DNA of 64,000 nt from an uncultured bacterium (GTDB lineage Bacteria > Eisenbacteria > RBG-16-71-46): positions 24,301 through 88,300 of the forward strand of contig CAYQNV010000172.1 in the NCBI GenBank assembly GCA_964418975.1. The letters are read 5' to 3'. Below are positions 55,051 to 64,000 of this stretch, piece by piece (within the stretch, counting starts at the first letter, position 1; every line of letters begins with the position of its first letter). Position numbers and translations under genes: made by a program. The notes beneath the pieces were generated by a model. The model searched no databases. It was not told the origin of the DNA and saw nothing but the letters and a program-made list of their open reading frames with translations.

Positions 55051-55827
55051 ATGGCGTTGGTCGAGGTCGAGATTCAGGGCGCGGTGGCCCGCGTATGGTT
55101 CAATCGACCCGAGGCGCACAACGCGCTCTCGGCGGAACTGGGCGGCGCATTGGTCGCTACGCTCGAGGCGCTTCGGAATGACGAAAGCTGTCGAATCGTC
55201 GTGTTGGGTGGACGCGGGCCGTCGTTCTGCGCGGGCGCCGACATCGGTGCCATGAAGGCGTCGGCGAACGCCTCGTTCGACGACAACCTCGCCGAGGCCA
55301 CGCGACTGGGGCAGATGTTCGCGGCACTCGCCGACTTTCCGAAGCCGGTGGTGGGTCGCGTTCATGGGGGTGTCTATGGCGGTGGCGTGGGGCTCTGCTG
55401 CGCGTGCGACATCGTCGTGGCCAGCGACGACGCCAAGTTCGGCCTGACCGAGGTGCGATTAGGCATCGTGCCCGGGTTGATCAGCCCATACGTCATCCGC
55501 CGGCTGGGCGACCGCGCTGCCCGAGAGCTCATGCTCACCGGCGAGCGGTTCGATGCCGCCCGCGCGCTGGGGCTGGGCGTGGTGAACTATGTAGTACCCG
55601 CGGCCGAGCTGGACACCAAGGTGGACGAGCGGGTGGGCGAACTGCTGAAGGGTGGCCCGCAAGCGCAGGCCCGGATCAAGCAGCTGTTCGAGCGCTGGGC
55701 CGAGGCCGGCTGGGCGGAGTACCGTGCCTCGCTGCCGCAGACGCTCGCCAGCGTGCGCAGTGGGGACGAGGCCCGCGACGGGCTCGCCGCGTTCCTCGAG
55801 AAACGCAGGCCGGGCTGGATGGAGTAG
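55051..55827 (+). CDS. Enoyl-CoA hydratase/isomerase (likely methylglutaconyl-CoA hydratase).
   Basis: Crotonase fold (..VLGGRGPSFCAGADI.., ..GGGVGLCCACD..). Lies between the MCC-type beta and alpha genes. Confidence 0.8.
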   Translation: MALVEVEIQGAVARVWFNRPEAHNALSAELGGALVATLEALRNDESCRIVVLGGRGPSFCAGADIGAMKASANASFDDNLAEATRLGQMFAALADFPKPVVGRVHGGVYGGGVGLCCACDIVVASDDAKFGLTEVRLGIVPGLISPYVIRRLGDRAARELMLTGERFDAARALGLGVVNYVVPAAELDTKVDERVGELLKGGPQAQARIKQLFERWAEAGWAEYRASLPQTLASVRSGDEARDGLAAFLEKRRPGWME

Positions 55828-55919
55828 CTATTCAGACTCGCGCGGATTCATCCGAAGCCGCGGTCGTGTGTCTCGTTGGCATGGAGCTTGCCGCCGGATT
55901 CGCTTAGTCTCCCGCCTCC

Positions 55920-57437
55920 ATGTTCAAGAAGCTCCTGATCGCCAATCGCGGCGAGATCGCCTGCCGCATCGCCGCCACGCTGCATGAGATGGGTGTGCGC
56001 TCTGTGGCCGTCTATTCCGACGCGGACCGGGGAGCGCTCCACACGCGCGTGTGCGACGAGGCGCGGCGCATCGGCCCCGCCGAGGCACGCGCCAGCTACC
56101 TGGACGCCGAGGCAATACTCGAAGCCGCCCGTGCCTCCGGCGCGGACGCGGTGCATCCAGGTTTTGGGTTTCTTGCGGAAAACGCGGCGTTCGCCGAGGC
56201 GGTCGAGGCGGCCGGGCTCGCGTTCATCGGGCCCACGCCGGCGCAGATCCGCGCCATGGGCGACAAGCGCGAGGCGCGCCGTATCGCCGAGCGTGCGGGC
56301 GTTCCAATCGTGCCGGGCGTCGAGGGCGAGGACGCTCGCGCGCTGGTGCGCGCGGCCAACGCCATGGGCTACCCGGTCATCATCAAGGCGGCACTGGGCG
56401 GCGGCGGCAAGGGCATGCAGGCCGCGGCGAACGAGCGCGAGCTGGCCGAGGGCATCGAGGCGGCCCAGCGCGTGGCGGCTTCGGCATTCGGCGACGCAAG
56501 CGTGTACGTGGAGAAGCTGCTCGAGCACGCCCGCCATATCGAGGTGCAGGTGCTGGGCGACGGGCAGGGGCGCGCCGTGCACCTGTTCGAGCGCGACTGC
56601 ACGCTCCAGCGCCGGCACCAGAAGGTGGTGGAGGAAGCACCGAGCGCGGCACTCACCGCCGAGCAGCGCACCGTGGTCACGCACGCCGCGGTGCGCTTGG
56701 CCGAGGCGGTCAAGTATCGCGGCGCCGGCACGATCGAGACGCTGTTGGGCCGCGACGGCAAGCTGTTCTTCCTCGAGATGAACACGCGGCTCCAGGTGGA
56801 GCACCCGGTCACGGAGCTCGTGACCGGCGTGGACCTGGTGCGCGCGCAGCTCGAGATCGCCGCCACCGGTCGCCTGGCGTTCGACCAGTTCGCGATCCAG
56901 CGCCATGGCCATGCCATCGAAGCGCGCGTCTACGCCGAGGACGCGGCACAGGGTTTCCTGCCGCAGGTGGGCACGGCTGTGCGCGTGCGCTGGCCCGACG
57001 GCCCGTTCGTGCGGGTGGACCGCGGCATCGAGTCCGGCGACGAGGTCACGGTTCACTACGACCCCATGCTGGGCAAGATCATCGCGCATGGGCCCACCCG
57101 CGAGGCCGCGCTGCAGCGGCTGCTGGGCGCTCTGGACGACACGCGCGTGCACGGTGTTGTCACGAACCTGCCGTTCTTGAGAGCACTGCTCCGCTCGCCG
57201 GAGGTGCGCAAGGGCTCCTACGACACCGAATGGATCGAGCGCGAGTTCCTGCCGGAGTTCGCGTCGCTCATGCGCGCACCGGCGCCGGATCTTGCGCTGG
57301 CGGCAGCAGCCATCGCCGAGCTCTCGAACGGCAGTGGGGCGTCCGCGAGCGTGTCTCGTGGGGACGCGACCACCGTGCGGAGCCCCGACCCGTTCGCGTC
57401 ACTCGGCCGCTGGCGCCACGCGGGGCTCGGCGAATGA
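55920..57437 (+). CDS. Biotin carboxylase domain protein (alpha subunit of methylcrotonyl-CoA carboxylase).
   Basis: MFKKLLIANRGEIA.. ATP-grasp with ..KAALGGGGKGM.. and ..EMNTRLQVEHPVTE.. Confidence 0.9.
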   Translation: MFKKLLIANRGEIACRIAATLHEMGVRSVAVYSDADRGALHTRVCDEARRIGPAEARASYLDAEAILEAARASGADAVHPGFGFLAENAAFAEAVEAAGLAFIGPTPAQIRAMGDKREARRIAERAGVPIVPGVEGEDARALVRAANAMGYPVIIKAALGGGGKGMQAAANERELAEGIEAAQRVAASAFGDASVYVEKLLEHARHIEVQVLGDGQGRAVHLFERDCTLQRRHQKVVEEAPSAALTAEQRTVVTHAAVRLAEAVKYRGAGTIETLLGRDGKLFFLEMNTRLQVEHPVTELVTGVDLVRAQLEIAATGRLAFDQFAIQRHGHAIEARVYAEDAAQGFLPQVGTAVRVRWPDGPFVRVDRGIESGDEVTVHYDPMLGKIIAHGPTREAALQRLLGALDDTRVHGVVTNLPFLRALLRSPEVRKGSYDTEWIEREFLPEFASLMRAPAPDLALAAAAIAELSNGSGASASVSRGDATTVRSPDPFASLGRWRHAGLGE

Positions 57438-57931
57438 GATCGCTCTGGCGCGACGGCGAGCACGCACGCGAGGTGGAGTTGAACGCGCTTGCGCCCGGTC
57501 GATGGCGGGTCTCGGTGGATGACGCCGAGTTCGAGGTGGCTGCCGAGACGCTCCCCGACGGCAAGCTGCGACTGGTCTCGGAGACGGGCGTCGTGGTGGC
57601 CGAGGTGACCGCCGTGGGCGCGCGGCGTTTCGTGCGACTCGGCGCGCTCGACTTCGTGCTCGAACGCGAACCCCCCGGCCGCCGGCGCGCGGCGGGTAGC
57701 GCGCACGGTCACGGCCTCACGGCCCCCATGCCCGGAGTGATCACCAAGGTGATGGTGGTCGTGGGCGACGAGGTCGCGAAGGGCCAGCCGCTCGTGGCGC
57801 TCGAGGCCATGAAGATGGAGCACCTGGTGCGCGCTCCCCACGCCGGCCGCGTCAAGCGCGTTGCGGCGAGCCCGGGCAGCATGGTGCAGGCGGGCGCGGC
57901 GCTGGTGGAGCTGGAGGGCGAGGCGAGCTGA
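57434..57931 (+). CDS. Biotin carboxyl carrier (biotinyl/lipoyl) domain protein, a separate ORF in a different frame from the biotin carboxylase (ATGA overlap).
   Basis: ..PLVALEAMKMEHLVRAPHAGRV.. (biotinylation motif EAMKME). Confidence 0.7.
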   Translation: MRSLWRDGEHAREVELNALAPGRWRVSVDDAEFEVAAETLPDGKLRLVSETGVVVAEVTAVGARRFVRLGALDFVLEREPPGRRRAAGSAHGHGLTAPMPGVITKVMVVVGDEVAKGQPLVALEAMKMEHLVRAPHAGRVKRVAASPGSMVQAGAALVELEGEAS

Positions 57932-58024
57932 GTCCGGCCTTTCAAGATCGGCCAGCGGGATGTAGTTTCCACGCACCCCCGGCAGTTCCCCGAAGCTTGG
58001 ATACGATCAGGCCCAGGAGGTTCC

Positions 58025-58783
58025 ATGCGCCGCTGGAACGTCTCGCCCGCCGTGCTCGCCACGCTCGCCACGCTCGCCGCTCTCGCGATCCACGCACCTT
58101 CCGCGAACGCCGCCGGGTTCGATCTCCGCTGGAATGCCTGCGCCGCCGACGCGGGCGTCTCCAATCGAAACTTCGCGTGCGACACCGATGTCGGCACGCA
58201 CACGCTCGTGGCCTCGTTCATGCTCGACCAGCCCATCTCGGATCTGGTCTTCATTGACGCGGTGATCGACTTCATTGTCGCCGACAACCAGCCGGTGCCG
58301 CCCTGGTGGGAGAACTTCGGCTGTCGTTTCTTCAGCATCAGCGCGAATGCCACGATCGATCCATCGGCCGTGAACTGCACCGACTGGTCCGGCGGCGTCG
58401 GGGTCGGGGCGCTGATCGGTTTCAACCATGAAGGCAGCATCGCCCCCGCCGACACCGCTTCGCATCGCCGCATCATCGTGGCCGCTGGTGCGGATCCTCC
58501 GGGCGTGAACGTGAACGCGAACCAGGAGTATTTCCTGTTCAACCTGGTGATCGACAACGCGCTCACGACCGATCCGGGCGGCTGCGCGGGATGCTCCCAG
58601 CCGGTCTGCATCGTGCTCAACTCGCTCCGCTTCTTGAACAACTCGGCCGCCGTCACGCAGCTGGCAACGCCGAACGTGGCAGGCGGCAACTTCGCGACCT
58701 GGCAGGGGGGAAGCGGCGCCAACTGCACGGCCGTGCCGGCGCGAAGGTCGACCTGGGGGCAGGTCAAGGCCCTCTATCGGTGA
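58025..58783 (+). CDS. Secreted Cys-rich protein of unknown family (paralog A). C terminus ..STWGQVKALYR.
   Basis: Signal peptide. Conserved ..LRWNAC..FACDTDVG.H..CAGCSQPVCIVLNS..FATWQGG.. shared with 62598..63410. Confidence 0.55.
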   Translation: MRRWNVSPAVLATLATLAALAIHAPSANAAGFDLRWNACAADAGVSNRNFACDTDVGTHTLVASFMLDQPISDLVFIDAVIDFIVADNQPVPPWWENFGCRFFSISANATIDPSAVNCTDWSGGVGVGALIGFNHEGSIAPADTASHRRIIVAAGADPPGVNVNANQEYFLFNLVIDNALTTDPGGCAGCSQPVCIVLNSLRFLNNSAAVTQLATPNVAGGNFATWQGGSGANCTAVPARRSTWGQVKALYR

Positions 58784-59043
58784 AACGTGTGCCAACATGT
58801 TCACCGACAGCGCGATTCAAGTCTCAACCCGGCCTCGCGGGAGGCCGATATGCCGTGCATCGGCAGCGGGTCCGGGTGCCGATTGACCCCCGCCTGAGCC
58901 CTTGCTACCGTTCCGGCGACGCGCGAGGCTGCGCGGTTCGTCGAGACGCCACGCTCCTCCCCGAGGTGTGCGCTCGTTGAAGGATGACCCAGGGAACATC
59001 GGGTTGACACTACATCCCGCACCGACATCTGGACGTCCTCAAG

Positions 59044-59087
59044 CTCTTGACCTGGCCTCTCCCGAGGCCTCGCCCGTCAAGAGTTTT
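59044..59087 (+). terminator. Nested GC-rich hairpin followed by a T-run. Intrinsic-terminator-like or leader structure, 36 bp upstream of phoH.
   Basis: CTCTTGAC (59044..59051) pairs with GTCAAGAG (59076..59083). An inner GGCCTC-TCCC-GAGGCC stem sits within it. Then TTTTGCGCTTTTC. Confidence 0.4.
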
Positions 59088-59122
59088 GCGCTTTTCGGGG
59101 CCACCAAGAAGAAGGCACTCCC

Positions 59123-60274
59123 GTGATCGTTCGCAAGTTCCCGATCGAACATCTGGACCCCATTTCCCTGCTGGGGCACAACGACTCCAACGTACGCCAG
59201 ATCGAGCGCGAGATCTCCGTTCGCATCACGCTGCGCGACGGCACGCTCAGCGTGGCCGGTGACGAGCTCGAGGTGAAGCCCGCGGTGCGCGTGCTCGAGG
59301 AGCTGGTCGAGCTGGCCGAGCGCGGCAAGGTGATCGAGGAGGCCGATGTGGCCACCGCGCTGGGACAAGCGCGCCGCGAGGGCCCGCACGGGCAGGAGCC
59401 GAATGGCCACGGGAACGGTAACGGGAACGGTCGCGGACGACTCGCCGAAGCCTACGATGGAGCGCCGGGCTACACGTTCGATCGCAAGGCAGTGCGCCCG
59501 CGCACGCCCACGCAGGCGTTGTACCTGAAGGCGCTGGAACAGTCCGAGGTGGTGTTCGGCATCGGCCCCGCAGGCACGGGCAAGACGTACCTCGCCGTGG
59601 CTGCCGCCGTGGCGGCGCTGCGCGCGAAGCGCGTGGACCGCATCGTGCTCGTGCGCCCCGCCGTGGAGGCGGGCGAGAGTCTCGGCTTCCTGCCCGGCGA
59701 CATGCAGGAGAAGGTCGATCCGTACCTGCGCCCCATGTACGACGCGCTCGCCGACTTGATGTCGTACGACAAGATGCGCCGCTTCCTCGAGATGGGCGTC
59801 ATCGAGATCGCGCCACTGGCGTTCATGCGTGGCCGCACACTCTCGAACGCGTTCGTCATCCTGGACGAGGCGCAGAATACGACCGTGCGCCAGATGAAGA
59901 TGTTCCTCACGCGACTGGGCCTGAACTCGCGTGCGGTCATCACCGGCGACCTCACGCAGATTGACCTCAGGAGTCCCGACCAGTCGGGCCTCGTGCGCAT
60001 CCAGTCCATCCTCGGGCACGTCGCCGACATCAAGTTCGTGTACTTCCATCCGGAAGACGTGGTGCGCCACCGCCTGGTGAAGGACATCATCCACGCGTTC
60101 GACGTGTACCACGCTCGCGTGGAGCGCAGGCTCGACGACGGCGTGGGACCCTCGCTCGATCCGCTCGCGGCGGAGCTTCAGGATGCGATCGCGCAGGAGG
60201 CGGCCAAGCTGCACGCGCCGCTGTTGCCGGATGAGCAGGCGCCGCCGGACGGGGGAAGCGGCAGCCAGGGCTGA
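59123..60274 (+). CDS. phoH: PhoH-like ATPase (YbeZ family).
   Basis: N-terminal KH-like region, GN-rich linker and P-loop GPAGTGKTYLAVA. GTG start after RBS AAGAAGAAGG. Confidence 0.85.
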   Translation: MIVRKFPIEHLDPISLLGHNDSNVRQIEREISVRITLRDGTLSVAGDELEVKPAVRVLEELVELAERGKVIEEADVATALGQARREGPHGQEPNGHGNGNGNGRGRLAEAYDGAPGYTFDRKAVRPRTPTQALYLKALEQSEVVFGIGPAGTGKTYLAVAAAVAALRAKRVDRIVLVRPAVEAGESLGFLPGDMQEKVDPYLRPMYDALADLMSYDKMRRFLEMGVIEIAPLAFMRGRTLSNAFVILDEAQNTTVRQMKMFLTRLGLNSRAVITGDLTQIDLRSPDQSGLVRIQSILGHVADIKFVYFHPEDVVRHRLVKDIIHAFDVYHARVERRLDDGVGPSLDPLAAELQDAIAQEAAKLHAPLLPDEQAPPDGGSGSQG

Positions 60275-60304
60275 CGCGCGAGCGTCGCTGGCCACCCCCT
60301 TGCC

Positions 60305-62530
60305 ATGACGTCGCCCGACCAACCCACGCCCGGCCCGGCGCTGCCGGGTCGTGCGCGCACGGTGCGCTGGGGATTCCACGCCGCGCGGCTGCTCATGGTG
60401 GTGGCGCTGCTCGCGATCGCGGCCGTGCTGCCCACCGGGCAGGGTGCCATCGACAAACTGCGCTACCGCGAGGGCGACATCGCGCGGGAACGCGTCGTGG
60501 CGCCGAACGACTTCCGCATCCAGAAGGACGACGTCACGCTGCGGCGCGAGCAGGAGGAGGCCGCGCTCGCCGTGCCGCCCGTGTTCGTGGTGGACCAACG
60601 CGCGCGCACCGATGCGAGCGAGCGCTGGTCGGCATTCCAGGAGCGAGCGCTCGCCGTGGTGTCGGACCCGGCGGTGGGGCCGAACGAACGCGCCGAGAAA
60701 CTCAGGCTTCTGGGCGTTCCGCTCGAACCCGCCGCCATCGAAGCGTTGTCCGCGCCCGGCCGGGCGCGGCGCGCACTCACCGAGTTGGGCGCGTGGCTCA
60801 CGGAGGTGCTGGACGCCGGAGTGGTGGCCGAGAAACGTGGCGGCTTCATCCTCGGCTACCGGAACGTGAACCTGCGCGAGGGCGACCTCGAGGCCTCGGC
60901 GCCGGCCACGCGCTTCCTCGACCGTCGCGAGGCGCTCGAGCGCATCCAGCGCCACGCCCGGGCCACGTTCGGCGCCGACACGCGCGGCGTCACACTGGTG
61001 GCGGCCCTCGCCGGTCCGTTCCTGGTGGCGAGCGTGAGCTACGACCGCGCCGAGACCGAATGGCGCCGATCCAACGCCAAGAGCACGGTGCCCGACGTGG
61101 TCGGCATGGTGAAGAAGGACGAGCTGATCGTGGACGCCAACGAACGCGTATCGCGTGAGGCCATGCTGAAGCTGCGGTCGCTGCGCAATCTCGAGGCCGC
61201 GAGACTGTCGCAGACCGAGCACCTGTACCCGCCGCTCGCCCGCATGCTGCTCATGCTGCTGTTCGTCGCCGCGTTCGCCACTTACCTACGCATGGAGTTG
61301 CCGTGGGTGCTCGCGGACAACGGCATGCTGGCCATGTTCACGGTGCTCACACTGGCCGTGCTCGGCTGCGTCGTCGCCATCGTCAACGTGGCGGGGCTGT
61401 CCGAGTTCGCGGTTCCGCTGGCGCTGGCGCCACTGGTCGTGGCGTCGCTCATGGAGAAACGCCCCGCGCTCGTGTTCACGCTCATGCTGTCGGTGCTGGT
61501 GATGGCGGTGGCCGAGCTGCGCGCGCCGTTCGTGGCCGTGGCCATGATGGGCGGTGTCACGGCCGTGTACTCCGTGCAGCGCCTGCGCCATCGCTGGCAC
61601 TTCGTGCGCGCGTTCTTCGCCATCTCGCTCGCGAACCTGGCCGCGATCCTGGCGTGGGACCTGGCGCGCAACACGCCCGTGGCCGGCATGCTCAGCGATG
61701 GGCTGTGGGGGCTCCTGTCGGCGCTGTTCGCGACGGCGGTGGCGTTCGGCCTTCTGCCGCTCGTGGAGCAGCTGTTCCGACTCACCAGTGACATCACGCT
61801 GCTCGAACTCTCCGACTTGAATCGCCCGCTGCTGCGCCGCATGCAGCTCGAAGCACCCGGCACCTACCACCACAGCATGGTCGTGGGCTCGCTCGCCGAG
61901 GCAGCGGCCGAGACCATCACCGCCAACTCGCTGCTGGCCCGCGTGCAGGCCTATTACCACGACATCGGCAAGCTGGCGAAGCCCGAGTACTACGCCGAGA
62001 ACGAACCCGCCAGCTCGCGCTCGCGCCACGAAAAGCTCGCGCCGTCGATGAGCGCGCTGGTGGTGAAGTCGCACATCTCGGAAGGACTCGAGATGGCGAA
62101 GAAGGAGCGGCTGCCGCGCGCGGTGCGCAGCGCGATTCCCGAGCACCACGGCAGCATGGTGATGGCGTTCTTCTTTCACAAGGCGCTCGAGATCGACCCC
62201 ACCGCCCGGCGCGAGGACTACAGCTACCCCGGGCCGCGGCCGCGTTCCAAGGAGACCGCCATCCTCATGCTGGCGGACGGCGTCGAGGGCGCCTCACGGG
62301 CGCTGGCCGAGCCCACGCCCAGCCGCATCCGAGGGCTGGTGCAGCGCATCATCGAGGAGCGCGTGCGCGATGGACAGCTGGACGACTGCAATATCACCAT
62401 CGCGGAGCTGGCGCGCATCCGGGAGTCGTTCATCCCCGTGCTCACCGCCATCTTCCACGTGCGCGCGCCCTACCCCTCGGCGCCCAAGCGCGAGGGCAAG
62501 CGCGAACTGGATCCGCGCCGGGACGGGTGA
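60305..62530 (+). CDS. 7TM receptor with intracellular HD hydrolase (HDIG domain membrane phosphohydrolase, YqfF-like).
   Basis: N-terminal extracytoplasmic domain, seven TM helices, HD domain ..HHSMVVGSLAEAAA..YYHDIGK.. Typical partner downstream of phoH. Confidence 0.8.
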   Translation: MTSPDQPTPGPALPGRARTVRWGFHAARLLMVVALLAIAAVLPTGQGAIDKLRYREGDIARERVVAPNDFRIQKDDVTLRREQEEAALAVPPVFVVDQRARTDASERWSAFQERALAVVSDPAVGPNERAEKLRLLGVPLEPAAIEALSAPGRARRALTELGAWLTEVLDAGVVAEKRGGFILGYRNVNLREGDLEASAPATRFLDRREALERIQRHARATFGADTRGVTLVAALAGPFLVASVSYDRAETEWRRSNAKSTVPDVVGMVKKDELIVDANERVSREAMLKLRSLRNLEAARLSQTEHLYPPLARMLLMLLFVAAFATYLRMELPWVLADNGMLAMFTVLTLAVLGCVVAIVNVAGLSEFAVPLALAPLVVASLMEKRPALVFTLMLSVLVMAVAELRAPFVAVAMMGGVTAVYSVQRLRHRWHFVRAFFAISLANLAAILAWDLARNTPVAGMLSDGLWGLLSALFATAVAFGLLPLVEQLFRLTSDITLLELSDLNRPLLRRMQLEAPGTYHHSMVVGSLAEAAAETITANSLLARVQAYYHDIGKLAKPEYYAENEPASSRSRHEKLAPSMSALVVKSHISEGLEMAKKERLPRAVRSAIPEHHGSMVMAFFFHKALEIDPTARREDYSYPGPRPRSKETAILMLADGVEGASRALAEPTPSRIRGLVQRIIEERVRDGQLDDCNITIAELARIRESFIPVLTAIFHVRAPYPSAPKREGKRELDPRRDG

Positions 62531-62597
62531 GCCGGCCTGATTTCACCGGACTGATTTCGCCATTGTTCGCAAGAGGGCGCGGGCCTAGGGTCCTGCC

Positions 62598-63410
62598 ATG
62601 TGTCCTCGCCGTTCGGCCCCGGCAGCGTGCTTCCGCTCCGCCACGTTCCTGCTTGTCCTGGCGCTGTCGTCCCGCGCCACGACGGCCACAGCCGCTCAAG
62701 GCCTGAACCTCGCGTGGAATCACTGCCTGGGTGAGGGCACCGGTGTCCAGAACGCCGCGTTCGCCTGCGACACCAACGTGGGCTCACACCGTATGACCGG
62801 ATCGTTCGTGCTCGGCGTGAACATGAACGATGTCATCGGCCATGAGATCGTCATCGAGCTGGCCAGTGCGAGCCCGGCGTTGCCTGCATGGTGGACACTC
62901 TATTACGTCGGGAGTTGCCGACCGACGTCGCTCGTCGCAGACTTCGTGGCTGACGCCAGCGATATCGTCTGCGCCGATTGGTCGCTCGGCCAAGGCGTGG
63001 GCGGCATCGGTACCTACTGTACGTCCACCGGCTCCTGTGCGGATCGTCCCGCCAGCTCGAACCTCGTACGAGTCAAACTGGTCGTCGCGGTTCCCCAGGC
63101 TCAGAGACAGGACCTGGTCGCCGGCACGGAGTACTTCGCATTCAACCTGGCGGTGAATCACACGAAGACCGTGGGCACGGGGAGCTGTGCCGGATGCGAG
63201 ACACCGGTCTGCATCGTGCTGAATTCCATCAAAGTGGTTCCGATGAACAACATCGGCACTCGCGATCTCACCACGCCGACCGCCCCCGGCACCAATTTCG
63301 TCACCTGGCAGGGTGGCGGCGTGCCGGTGACCCCGCACGGGTTCGGCTGCCCCGCCGCGACGGCGACTCGCCGCTCGGCTTGGGGTGCGGTGAAGGCGCT
63401 GTACCGGTAA
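62598..63410 (+). CDS. Secreted Cys-rich protein of unknown family (paralog B). C terminus ..SAWGAVKALYR.
   Basis: Signal peptide. Shares ..L.WN.C..FACDT.VG.H..CAGC..PVCIVLNS..TWQGG..RRS.WG.VKALYR with 58025..58783. Confidence 0.55.
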   Translation: MCPRRSAPAACFRSATFLLVLALSSRATTATAAQGLNLAWNHCLGEGTGVQNAAFACDTNVGSHRMTGSFVLGVNMNDVIGHEIVIELASASPALPAWWTLYYVGSCRPTSLVADFVADASDIVCADWSLGQGVGGIGTYCTSTGSCADRPASSNLVRVKLVVAVPQAQRQDLVAGTEYFAFNLAVNHTKTVGTGSCAGCETPVCIVLNSIKVVPMNNIGTRDLTTPTAPGTNFVTWQGGGVPVTPHGFGCPAATATRRSAWGAVKALYR

Positions 63411-63440
63411 GTGGGCGGGCCGCAGCCCGTCCGCACGCCC

Positions 63441-64000
63441 TCAGCTCGCCGCCCGCTTCCCGAAGTCGTCCTCGATCGGGATGCGCATGGCCACGAGGAA
63501 GCTCGGGACCGTGGCGATGATCACCCAAGTGAAGAACTGCAGGTATCCCACCTTGTCCTGCAGCCAGCCGCTCCACATGCCGGGGATCATCATGCCCATG
63601 GCCATGAAGCCGGTGCAGATGGCGTAGTGCGCCGTCTGGTGCGGCCCGCGCGCGATGTGCAGCATGTAGAGCAGGTAAGCCGTGAGGCCGAAGCCATAGC
63701 CGAACTGCTCCACCGCCACGCACGCCTGGACTAACCACACGTTCGTCGGCTGCGCCCAGGCGAGATAGATGAACACGGCATCGGGCAGGTGGATGGCGAG
63801 CAGCATGGGCCAGAGCCACGTCTTGAGCCCGCCGCGCGAGGCCACCCAGCCGCCGAGGATGCCGCCGAACGTCAACGCGATGATGCCCACGGTGCCGTAC
63901 ACCACCCCGACCTGGGTGGTCGTCAGGGCCAGGCCGCCTTGGTCGCGCGGGTCTAGCAGGAATGGCGCCACCATCTTCACCAGCTGGGCTTCGCCGAAGC
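63441..64000 (-). CDS. MFS-type transporter. Only the C-terminal half is in the window; the N terminus lies beyond the edge.
   Basis: Six C-terminal TM helices. The reading frame stays open past position 64000. Confidence 0.5.
   Translation of the reverse strand, partial: FGEAQLVKMVAPFLLDPRDQGGLALTTTQVGVVYGTVGIIALTFGGILGGWVASRGGLKTWLWPMLLAIHLPDAVFIYLAWAQPTNVWLVQACVAVEQFGYGFGLTAYLLYMLHIARGPHQTAHYAICTGFMAMGMMIPGMWSGWLQDKVGYLQFFTWVIIATVPSFLVAMRIPIEDDFGKRAAS

Noticed and set aside
59039-61222. A 727-aa minus-strand ORF opposite phoH and the HD gene.
   Set aside because: It is antisense to two strongly supported genes and low complexity.

Overview
This is a GC-rich (~70%) bacterial chromosomal window. 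The many ADOP-type duplicated FtsX permeases suggest Gemmatimonadota or Acidobacteriota. Coding is dense, mostly on the + strand. Real genes were separated from long Arg/Ala/Pro-rich alternate-frame ORFs by recognisable motifs.

Housekeeping and metabolic genes:
- ptsN-like EIIA(Ntr), hisS and aspS.
- A leucine-catabolism set: methylcrotonyl-CoA carboxylase beta subunit, enoyl-CoA hydratase, biotin carboxylase and a separate BCCP ORF. This set is split by about 10 kb of other genes.
- A PhoH-like ATPase followed by a 7TM-HD phosphohydrolase.
- A sigma-54-dependent response regulator with its histidine kinase.

Accessory or unusual content:
1. An intact tRNA-Lys(CUU) on the - strand. Its 3' 45 nt are repeated about 1.4 kb away, and the pair brackets an APH-family phosphotransferase gene. 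This reads as a small integrated-element remnant.
2. A lower-GC patch after aspS: a VOC/glyoxalase gene, a SnoaL-like gene, a GNAT gene, a secreted protein and a VOC C-terminal fragment.
3. An NYN nuclease, zinc ribbon and cold-shock domain fused in one protein.
4. An ECF sigma, a zf-HC2 anti-sigma and two DUF4097 proteins, with a secreted beta-helix protein downstream.
5. A DUF222/HNH endonuclease gene.
6. A roughly 14 kb efflux-like operon: MacA-like adaptor, four tandem ADOP permeases, two ABC ATPases and a TPR protein.
7. A signal-peptide ORF joined in frame through a single TGA to a downstream ORF, with a hairpin 10 nt after the TGA.
8. Two tandem NHL-repeat paralogs. A fragment of the neighbouring lipoprotein gene sits between them and a G10 tract sits upstream.
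9. Four secreted proteins (the two NHL paralogs and two Cys-rich paralogs flanking the phoH/HD operon) share an about 11-residue C-terminal motif, [ST]-W-[GA]-x-[VL]-K-A-[LR]-[YF]-R. This is the best candidate for an undescribed protein-sorting tag.
10. Three other secreted proteins end in a FlgD-Ig/T9SS-like C-terminal domain.
11. A GNAT-like protein, a methyltransferase fused to a PIG-L deacetylase, and a Ser/Thr kinase fused to a polytopic membrane domain sit together.

No CRISPR array, rRNA or transposase was seen.
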